IMG/VR virus record: IMGVR_UViG_3300044233_005876 | Span: 1-27,085 of that record | From: a virus | Taxonomy: Duplodnaviria; Caudoviricetes | Reading direction: 5' to 3' (one strand) | DNA: 27,085 nucleotides | In this document: positions 17,793-24,945 of the stretch, in pieces | Position numbering within the stretch: position 1 is the stretch's first letter | Layout: each line of letters starts with the position of its first letter | Position numbers and translations under genes: made by a program | Notes under the pieces: model-generated | Told to the model about the DNA's origin: nothing | Seen by the model: only the letters and a program-made list of their open reading frames with translations | Database searches by the model: none

Positions 17793-20783
17793 TTATATAA
17801 CACCGTCCCAAGGTTCAATATCTAATTGATCTTTAATAATATCTATCCTTCCACCTAATCCAATAGAATCTAATGCCGGATCAGCGCCGGCAAAAAGTAA
17901 ACCAATACACTTAAACGTGCTTAAAGTTGTACTTGTAGAACTTAAACAAGCAAAAAGAGCTGAACCAGAATCTCCCGCGGCAGCCGCTGCACCAGTAGAA
18001 TTTATATTTCTAAATAATAAATTATCTGTAAATCTTAATGTTTGAAGCGGATCCGGAAGAAATCCCCTCACGTTTATTATTGAGTTTACCGACGAGACCC
18101 TTATTTCATCTAATAGTTCGGTTCCCCCTGTTGTAAGTAAATGATTAATTTGTGTATTATTTCCTAAGGCTGAAATACCTACCCCGTCGGTATATACAAA
18201 TAGTGCTGCACTTCTATCAGTTCCAGCATAATTATTATCATTAGTATTATTCTCATAATTACTGTAACCAAATTCACCTACCATATTTTTAAAACTATTA
18301 GGCGGAAAATTATCCCATTTTTTTATACTTCCATCTTCCATCGGATATATAGAATCAATATCATAGCTAGTACCAGCTCCTAATTTTTTTAGAAAGCTAT
18401 AACTACTTTGACTATTAATATTTGGCATACCGGCTGCATAATAACTACCACCTGATAAAAAGAAATTTCCGTATGTACTACCGGATTTGTTACCTGAGTT
18501 ATTTAATATATTATTATCTAAAAATTTTGGAGGATCATTATCATCTACATATACATCATTATTATTATATTTTAAATATCGCATTGTAGGGCGAGACAAT
18601 AACTCATGCATGTAAGGGTGAGGTATCATTAATATTCTATTATCTTCAGTTTGTAAAGGCAATTCAGTATATTGGCGAATTCTTATTTCACCGCTTTTAT
18701 CACTAGTAGTAAATATTTTTTTAATTTTTATATCATTAGCAGATAATATTAATCTACTATATGACAAATCATGTGAACCTGATATAGACCAATTATCAGT
18801 TGATAGATGTAACTGCGGTGGTTTAGATACATTTATATCGGGGTTATCTGTAAAACTTTTATATGAAATGCTTACATCATCATGTTTTATATATGCTACG
18901 TGTAAAAGCCCCCCGGTAGCAGACAAACCGTATATGGTCATTGGACTCCTAAGTGCGGTTGCCGGGTAAGGGTATTCAAAGCCGAAATCAATATACTCAC
19001 CAGGTATTTGGATAAATCTACCTATTGACCCTGATAATGCAACATAATCATTAAATTCGTCTGATGAACCATTAATATAAGTTCTAACATAATTACCCCG
19101 AGTCTGTGCTACTCCGTCATTATCAGCTGATAACATAAGATTCCCTCCCATAGTCCATAATTGATTATCTTCAGTTAGTAGTAACCCAATATCTTTTGAT
19201 AAATATGATTTTTTAACCGGTTTGTTAAAAGTACCTGATACCGTACTTAATTCAATCCAATCAGTCTGAATGTTTTGTATTGCTGTAAACTCACTTTTTC
19301 GATCTTGAAAGCCGGGGTTATCTTTATAATGCTGCATGAGGTTCACATTGTTAATATTAAAAGATAAACTACCGGGTCCATGGCAAGGTGGCATATGACC
19401 ATAATAAACTTTATTAGATTTACTTAAATAAAAAGCACCAAAATTATTATTTTTTATTATAATATCTTTTATACCTGTGGGGTCTACTATTGCTAAATCT
19501 AGATCAAAGTTTGTGTGATCTTTTAAAAAAAATAAATTATCATGAGGAGGTCCAACTTGTGATGTATAATAATACCAACCTGTATGGCCTACAGCAAATG
19601 CACTAGTTTCAGTTGCATCTGTAAAAAGTAATGCTCCCATAGAGGATGTGTTATAATATCTATTCCAATTGATATATAATGAACTAACACCTAGTGTTCT
19701 AAGATTAACACCAGATCTAGTTGTAAGACTTTCGGTGAGAGAATGAATTGCAGTAACACTCTGCCCAGTAGTTTTTTTAATTGGATATTCATTTCCAGGC
19801 ATTCCTAAAGGGCCTAAAGTTCTACCGCTTCTAAAAATTGGAGCTTCATAATTATCAGAATCTGGATCCACTATAGAATCTATTTCTTCAGTTGTAGCGA
19901 AATCATATGGACCTCTCTGTGTAAACCATATAACATTTTTTGATCCAGGTCCTAAAAAACCATCATAACTAGATAATTCTAATATACATGCATCAACTTT
20001 ATTATCTATAAATGTTGATATTTTTGATGATCTTTTTGGTGTACCTATATGATCTACTAAATGACTAGTAAAATATTGATTATAAGACCCTGGTTGGGAA
20101 GCAGATAAAGCTAAAGCATTATCTAAATGTCCAAATCTTTTGGCTTCTTCCCCTACAAGTAAACTACGCGAAAAAACGTGAGCGTTAGATAAAGCTACTA
20201 TTTTTTTATCTTGTTTATCTCTTACGAGTAAACCTAAAGTTGCGTCGCTATCTCTAAGATGTGGTTGTTGGTAATATATCGATGAACATCCACCTGAAAG
20301 AGGTCTAGCTTTTTGATAATTCCGTTTTATAGGATCGAAGTCTGAGTTTAATCGGTGATATGAATAAAATAAATCTGCCGATAATCCAGATATAGGTGTT
20401 CCTCCTGAGTTAATATGATCTAAATATATATTGTAATCTTCACTTAACACGTTATAATCATCACAAGCACTTAAATTATCACCTATTAGTTCATAATATT
20501 TTATTTCTTCTCCTTCACTGATTGCATAATCTATACTAAAAGACTTACCTTCGGAAACTTTAGTTGGTACATCTATACCAAATGCTGATAAACTTTTTGG
20601 TAAAACATAATTTTCAGATATATAATCTAATGATATTTTTCTACTAACATAAAATTCTACAACATATTCATCTTTTAATGTTTCTTTGTTAGTTTTAGTG
20701 CTAATACCATAACCATTAATAAAAGGGTATTCTGATATTAAATCTACTGTTGATAATTCTTGTTTTAATTGTTCTATATTCAT
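17793..20783 (-). CDS. Nal1-like / trypsin-fold serine protease with a large internal insertion
   Basis: Nal1-like N-domain (GYGISTK...VEFYVSRKI...LPKSL...VPTKVSE); TLGLLVRD...ALSNAHV (His202); VDACILEL (Asp264); SGRTLG; GDSGS (Ser939); IGLLFAG. Confidence 0.85.
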   Translation of the reverse strand: MNIEQLKQELSTVDLISEYPFINGYGISTKTNKETLKDEYVVEFYVSRKISLDYISENYVLPKSLSAFGIDVPTKVSEGKSFSIDYAISEGEEIKYYELIGDNLSACDDYNVLSEDYNIYLDHINSGGTPISGLSADLFYSYHRLNSDFDPIKRNYQKARPLSGGCSSIYYQQPHLRDSDATLGLLVRDKQDKKIVALSNAHVFSRSLLVGEEAKRFGHLDNALALSASQPGSYNQYFTSHLVDHIGTPKRSSKISTFIDNKVDACILELSSYDGFLGPGSKNVIWFTQRGPYDFATTEEIDSIVDPDSDNYEAPIFRSGRTLGPLGMPGNEYPIKKTTGQSVTAIHSLTESLTTRSGVNLRTLGVSSLYINWNRYYNTSSMGALLFTDATETSAFAVGHTGWYYYTSQVGPPHDNLFFLKDHTNFDLDLAIVDPTGIKDIIIKNNNFGAFYLSKSNKVYYGHMPPCHGPGSLSFNINNVNLMQHYKDNPGFQDRKSEFTAIQNIQTDWIELSTVSGTFNKPVKKSYLSKDIGLLLTEDNQLWTMGGNLMLSADNDGVAQTRGNYVRTYINGSSDEFNDYVALSGSIGRFIQIPGEYIDFGFEYPYPATALRSPMTIYGLSATGGLLHVAYIKHDDVSISYKSFTDNPDINVSKPPQLHLSTDNWSISGSHDLSYSRLILSANDIKIKKIFTTSDKSGEIRIRQYTELPLQTEDNRILMIPHPYMHELLSRPTMRYLKYNNNDVYVDDNDPPKFLDNNILNNSGNKSGSTYGNFFLSGGSYYAAGMPNINSQSSYSFLKKLGAGTSYDIDSIYPMEDGSIKKWDNFPPNSFKNMVGEFGYSNYENNTNDNNYAGTDRSAALFVYTDGVGISALGNNTQINHLLTTGGTELLDEIRVSSVNSIINVRGFLPDPLQTLRFTDNLLFRNINSTGAAAAAGDSGSALFACLSSTSTTLSTFKCIGLLFAGADPALDSIGLGGRIDIIKDQLDIEPWDGVI

Positions 20784-21106
20784 TAGCTTACTATAATTTG
20801 ACCATTTTTAGATGTATTGCCCGTATTAACATAATAATAAGTTTTTGCTACTTTAGGTGTCCACATTAAAGTTTTATTAGTTACTCCCGATGCTGAGTCA
20901 TTATTATATATATCAGATATATCACTAGTGTCTGAAATACCATTACGAATAGCAGTATTAAACGTACCGTTAACTATATTAATATTATAATTTGCATTTA
21001 AAGATAAATTTATTGTTGGATTACTACCAGCAAAATCAGGTGATCCGTAGTCCGTACCTGATGATAGATCTATTACTATAGAACTAGCTGTAAATATCCA
21101 TGCCAT
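20783..21106 (-). CDS. Small cupredoxin-like beta-sandwich protein lacking copper ligands
   Basis: NPTINL...YNINI...TLMWTPKVAKTYYY...NGQIIVS follows the plastocyanin-like pattern seen in phage structural proteins. Its stop overlaps the protease start (TAATG). Confidence 0.55.
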   Translation of the reverse strand: MAWIFTASSIVIDLSSGTDYGSPDFAGSNPTINLSLNANYNINIVNGTFNTAIRNGISDTSDISDIYNNDSASGVTNKTLMWTPKVAKTYYYVNTGNTSKNGQIIVS

Positions 21107-21111
21107 ATGAA

Positions 21112-21119
21112 TATTTATA
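21112..21119 (-). promoter_or_regulatory. Perfect T4 late promoter TATAAATA, 5 nt before ATG 21106; heads the minus-strand tail block
   Basis: Minus strand reads TATAAATA-ttcat-ATG. Confidence 0.7.
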
Positions 21120-21188
21120 ATTAAACCTATATTTAAACTACTATAGTTTCACTGGAAAATAATAGAAAAAACTTATAAGCAACATAAA

Positions 21189-21196
21189 TATAAATA
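21189..21196 (+). promoter_or_regulatory. Perfect T4 late promoter TATAAATA, 4 nt before ATG 21201 (a second overlapping TAAATA at 21185-21190)
   Basis: cataaaTATAAATAtattATG; divergent from the 21112-21119 promoter. Confidence 0.65.
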
Positions 21197-21200
21197 TATT

Positions 21201-21788
21201 ATGGCACGAAAATTTTTAGACCTTGTTGAAAATACAATTACTAGAATGTCCAATGGTAGTTTCTTAACCGGTGATCTAGTAAAACTTATTAGTAACTATA
21301 AAAGTAAAGATAGTTATAAATCATTAACAGATGACCAAAAAAAATATATAGATGATTATTTTGATTCAGATAAAAATTACTATATAGTTAATATACAAAC
21401 TGATATGCCATCAAGAGCACCGGGTAATGCTGATAATAGAGCTGCAGCTTATTCAGTAACAGTAGCAAGAGAATTAGCTAATGGTAGATATGATAATCAA
21501 GGTAAAGTTACATTACCTTCAGATGTTTTAGAAAGAATCGATACTGGTATTAATAGACACCCAGTACCTGATTCAGATAGATATGATAACAAAGTTCAAA
21601 TTGAACCTAAAGAAGTAGGTGAAGAAGATGAAATTGAAATAACTAGAATGACACAACAAGGTGATAGTTTGAAAAAAACTGAAATTAGTAATCCAGTACA
21701 AAATACAAAAATTCCATCATCACCAGCTACATCTTCTCCTGCAGTGAAAGAAAGCTATACTTCTCAATATATGCCTATTAACGGTTAA
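21201..21788 (+). CDS. Hypothetical late protein (195 aa)
   Basis: Clean ORF with phage-like codon use and its own late promoter; charged, low-complexity C-terminal third. No family recognised. Confidence 0.7.
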   Translation: MARKFLDLVENTITRMSNGSFLTGDLVKLISNYKSKDSYKSLTDDQKKYIDDYFDSDKNYYIVNIQTDMPSRAPGNADNRAAAYSVTVARELANGRYDNQGKVTLPSDVLERIDTGINRHPVPDSDRYDNKVQIEPKEVGEEDEIEITRMTQQGDSLKKTEISNPVQNTKIPSSPATSSPAVKESYTSQYMPING

Positions 21789-22699
21789 ATCTTTTCAAGA
21801 TTAACCCAACAAGCAAAAGCATTAATTTCTTTATCCAATACAAATACGTCTTTATACATGTGATCTGAAATAGTCACTATATATTGACGTTTTTTATTAT
21901 CATCAAGACTTGAAGAATATATAAAGTTTAAATATTGTTTCATTAAGTTGTGATAATCACCTTGAAACTCATTTTCATTTTCTATTAAATATTTTCTAAG
22001 TTTTAAAGAGTTTTTAGAGTTTATATGTTGATGTATTACATTTACTATTTCTTTATTATCAACACTATGATCAATAGTAAATACTTTACCTATAGTAGCT
22101 TTTTGTATGCTATTTAAAACCTTACGTATATCAGGGTAACTTTGCTTTATCAAATTAACAAAATTAGGTTTCTGATTAGTTTCAATCTTTATACCTTCTT
22201 CCTTTACTATATCAACAACTCTCTTTACTACATCATCAAAGGGAGGGGTTAAATCAAAGAATTGGGTTCTACTTTGAATAGCTGGTATAATTTTATGCTT
22301 ATAATTAGCAGTTAAAATAAAACGAGTCATACTACTATATTCTTCCATTGTATTGCGTAATGCACGCTGCCCGTCAATGGTAATACCATCAGCCTCATCT
22401 AATATTACAACTTTATGTTTCCCATCAAGAGACTTAGTCTGACTAAAGCCAACTACCTTAGAACGAATAGTATCAATACCATTTTCATCAGATGCATTTA
22501 TATATAGATACTGACATTCTAGTATATTATTAACTAATATTTTAGCTAAAGTAGTTTTACCTAAACCAGGAGTACCTACAAATAGTAAATTAGGTATTTC
22601 ATCAGTAATAGATTCAAAATATTTTCTATTACTATTAGATAATACTAAATCAGATAAATTAGCAGGCCTATACTTTTCAACGTATAAGTTATTAAACAT
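21785..22699 (-). CDS. gp44: Sliding-clamp loader AAA+ subunit (T4 gp44 / RFC small subunit family)
   Basis: YVEKYRP, Walker A GTPGLGKTT, INASDENGIDTIR, Walker B ILDEAD, and arginine finger IQSRT (SRC-motif variant). Confidence 0.95.
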   Translation of the reverse strand: MFNNLYVEKYRPANLSDLVLSNSNRKYFESITDEIPNLLFVGTPGLGKTTLAKILVNNILECQYLYINASDENGIDTIRSKVVGFSQTKSLDGKHKVVILDEADGITIDGQRALRNTMEEYSSMTRFILTANYKHKIIPAIQSRTQFFDLTPPFDDVVKRVVDIVKEEGIKIETNQKPNFVNLIKQSYPDIRKVLNSIQKATIGKVFTIDHSVDNKEIVNVIHQHINSKNSLKLRKYLIENENEFQGDYHNLMKQYLNFIYSSSLDDNKKRQYIVTISDHMYKDVFVLDKEINAFACWVNLEKI

Positions 22700-22809
22700 T
22701 ATTTTTTCTTACGTTTAGTAGGTTTAGTTACTGTAACTGTTACCGTCTTACGTATTTTTGCATTTCCTACTTTTCTTTCAGTTATTTTCTGTCTCGTTAC
22801 TTTACCCAT
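22699..22809 (-). CDS. Unannotated 36-aa highly basic peptide MGKVTRQKITERKVGNAKIRKTVTVTVTKPTKRKKK
   Basis: Translated by hand. ATG at 22809; its TAA overlaps the clamp-loader ATG (TAATG); it fills the gap between dut and gp44; TATAAT lies 5 nt upstream. Confidence 0.7.
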   Translation of the reverse strand: MGKVTRQKITERKVGNAKIRKTVTVTVTKPTKRKKK

Positions 22810-22814
22810 AATAT

Positions 22815-22820
22815 ATTATA
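22815..22820 (-). promoter_or_regulatory. -10 box TATAAT 5 nt before ATG 22809 (second copy at 22820-22825); no clear -35
   Basis: Minus strand reads gaacTATAATATAATatattATG. Confidence 0.4.
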
Positions 22821-22829
22821 TTATAGTTC

Positions 22830-23294
22830 CTATTTACCAGAAGAACCAAAACCTGCATTTCCTCTTTGCGCTTCTTCAATTTTATCAGTCCACTCAATTT
22901 TAGTATTATAAATTTTTTCTATCTTTATTTGAGCAACTTTATCTCCTTTTTTATAGTTATAATCTTTATCTGAAAAATTATACATTTTAATGCCACAATC
23001 ACCTCGATAACCATTATCTATTTCACCGAGATGAGGTTGTAATCCTGCTTTAAATCCTAACCCTGATTTGGGTCTTAAAACAAAACCGTAACCTTCTGAA
23101 ATATAACCAACAGTAATGCCAACGGGGACTACTGCATTACCAATTTTTACTTCATCAACTGGACCATAACTACTACGAGGAATAACAGTATCTTCTACTG
23201 CATATAAATCAAAACAATTATCTCCTTCATGAGCTTTGGTAGGTAAAATAGCATCTTTATGCGTCTTAATAAACTTTATAATTACATTATCCAT
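22830..23294 (-). CDS. dut: Trimeric dUTPase
   Basis: All five motifs are visible: FDLYA, RPKSGLG, GEIDNGYRG, GDKVAQ, RGNAGFGSSG. Confidence 0.96.
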   Translation of the reverse strand: MDNVIIKFIKTHKDAILPTKAHEGDNCFDLYAVEDTVIPRSSYGPVDEVKIGNAVVPVGITVGYISEGYGFVLRPKSGLGFKAGLQPHLGEIDNGYRGDCGIKMYNFSDKDYNYKKGDKVAQIKIEKIYNTKIEWTDKIEEAQRGNAGFGSSGK

Positions 23295-23300
23295 AACTCT

Positions 23301-23328
23301 ATTATAGTGTATTACTTTAATTATTCAA
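23301..23328 (-). promoter_or_regulatory. Sigma70-type promoter TTGAAT-N16-TATAAT, with the -10 box 6 nt before the dut ATG
   Basis: Minus strand reads TTGAAT aattaaagtaatacac TATAAT agagtt ATG. Confidence 0.6.
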
Positions 23329-23336
23329 CTTTATAA

Positions 23337-23342
23337 TAAATA
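23337..23342 (+). promoter_or_regulatory. T4-late-like promoter core TAAATA, 5 nt before ATG 23348
   Basis: AATAAATA-tttta-ATG; back-to-back with the dut promoter in a 53-nt gap. Confidence 0.55.
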
Positions 23343-23347
23343 TTTTA

Positions 23348-23797
23348 ATGAAAGATGATGTTGATGTAGTTGTAGATGATTTACTATCCCAATTGAAGGG
23401 TGCAAATTTAGCAGCTAAGGAAGTAGAAAAAAATGATTTTGACTTAGATAAAAATAAGTTAGAAGATTTTCTTCTTAAATATTCCGGAAAATTAATTAAA
23501 GATAGTGTTGATTATGTCGAAGATGTTAAACAATATATATCATCTGCTCCCGATGCTAGAGATGTGGATGCATTAAGTAAATTGATTGGGGCTTCAGCAT
23601 CAGCCATAGAAAGTTTAAATAAAATCCTTTTACAAGATAAAGCTAATGAAGCTAAAATTCAAGTTAAAGAAATGGATATTCAAAGCAAAAAGGAACTCCA
23701 AGATAGAAGCAATGAGCGTATAGGATTAACAATTAATAGAGAAGAATTACTAAACCAATTAATTGAAGATGCTAAAGTAATTGAAGTTAATGATTAA
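23348..23797 (+). CDS. Possible terminase small subunit (T4 gp16-like); otherwise a hypothetical helical protein
   Basis: About 150 aa, helical. KLIKDSVDYVEDV...APDARDVDALSKLI...AIESLNKI and the terminal TINREELLNQL parallel the helix-turn(PR)-helix and S/T-x-E-L motifs of gp16-like proteins. Similarity is remote and judged by eye. Confidence 0.45.
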   Translation: MKDDVDVVVDDLLSQLKGANLAAKEVEKNDFDLDKNKLEDFLLKYSGKLIKDSVDYVEDVKQYISSAPDARDVDALSKLIGASASAIESLNKILLQDKANEAKIQVKEMDIQSKKELQDRSNERIGLTINREELLNQLIEDAKVIEVND

Positions 23798-24945
23798 TAA
23801 CCCCCGCCACCTGAACTACTTGGCTCACTAGAATAACCTCCTCCTCCTGTACTGCCCCCTCCTGTACTACTACCCCCTGTATCAGTAGTAGGTTGGGGTA
23901 GTGAAGTAGTAGATTGAGAAGTTTGTATAGTTGTAGTTGTACCCGATTCTGGGGTAATAGATGGTTTAGTATGGGTATAACCTAAAGCTGAAAATTCTAA
24001 ATGTAAAGCTTCAGTACTAGCATAGTAAACTGCCCCGGTAACTGGGTCATACATGTTATGTGGAATAAATTGATCTATATTTGTAGGTAAATTTAAATAA
24101 GCTGTAGAATAAACATTATTATTAAATGTGTCTAAAATGTTTTCAACTTCTTCAATATTATTTTTATATTTTACCAAATATGATTTATTACCTTTTTGTT
24201 CGCGTATATTTAAATTTTTATAAAAAGTAATAAGATCGCCTAAATTTTCTCCATAGATATGAAATATTTTTTCAGTTTTTACATTAGTTAATTTGTCACC
24301 AGTTACAAGAGAAAAATTATCATAAACTAAATTAGCCCCGTGTGCAGTTGTTGAAATATTTTCCAAGGTGTAACCTGCTATATTTCTTAAATTTCTTTTT
24401 AATAATGCATCGTTTTTTAAAGACATTTTTTTAAAATTTTGTAATAAATTTTTACTAACCTTATTATACATTATAGGTGGTATAGTTAATGGAGCTCCGT
24501 TTTCTCGTAAATTATAAAATGTATCATATATAGGAGAATTATGTAAACCTAAATTGTGATTTATTTCTAAAGTCATACCTATATCATCAGAATAAGTAGA
24601 AAAAATACTTTTATCAGGATTATCTATTTTTTTTATTATTATACCTTTAAAAATTGATAATAAATTTTGATATTTTTCATTAATATATAATTTAAAATTA
24701 TTAGGTATCTCTACATTATTAATTTTTAATTTTTTATTACTTAAATCAATATATTTTTGAGTTAAATTTTTTAATACATTATCTGAACTTTTAGTTTCTT
24801 CAAGTTCTATAAAAAAATTTACCACATCTAATGATATATCTTTAAAAATATTCAATAATTCTTCACTACTTTCATAAAAACTAATACTACCATTTATAAT
24901 AGTATCTGAAAGCTCTGGTAATATATTTTTTTTATTGGTAGCCAT
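23794..24945 (-). CDS. Hypothetical protein (383 aa) with a C-terminal His-containing mini-domain and a T/S/G-rich tail
   Basis: Coupled to the hub gene by TAATG; ends ...PHNMYDPVTG...HLEFSALGYTH...GGSSTGGGSTGGGGYSSEPSSSGGGGY. Confidence 0.65.
   Translation of the reverse strand: MATNKKNILPELSDTIINGSISFYESSEELLNIFKDISLDVVNFFIELEETKSSDNVLKNLTQKYIDLSNKKLKINNVEIPNNFKLYINEKYQNLLSIFKGIIIKKIDNPDKSIFSTYSDDIGMTLEINHNLGLHNSPIYDTFYNLRENGAPLTIPPIMYNKVSKNLLQNFKKMSLKNDALLKRNLRNIAGYTLENISTTAHGANLVYDNFSLVTGDKLTNVKTEKIFHIYGENLGDLITFYKNLNIREQKGNKSYLVKYKNNIEEVENILDTFNNNVYSTAYLNLPTNIDQFIPHNMYDPVTGAVYYASTEALHLEFSALGYTHTKPSITPESGTTTTIQTSQSTTSLPQPTTDTGGSSTGGGSTGGGGYSSEPSSSGGGGY

Noticed and set aside
17791-17811. 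ORF-track start MGRCYIK at 17811
   Set aside because: It is a TTG inside the protease gene; ATG 17790, just after the protease stop, fits the coupling pattern.
18110-19790. Intein or intron as the explanation for the protease insert
   Set aside because: No Cys/Ser start with Hint blocks, no His-Asn end before C/S/T, no LAGLIDADG or HNH motif, and the frame is continuous.
21135-21179. Small palindromes AAACTA-cta-TAGTTT and CTTATAAG in the divergent promoter gap
   Set aside because: Short and AT-rich, so expected by chance; no second copy found to support an operator.
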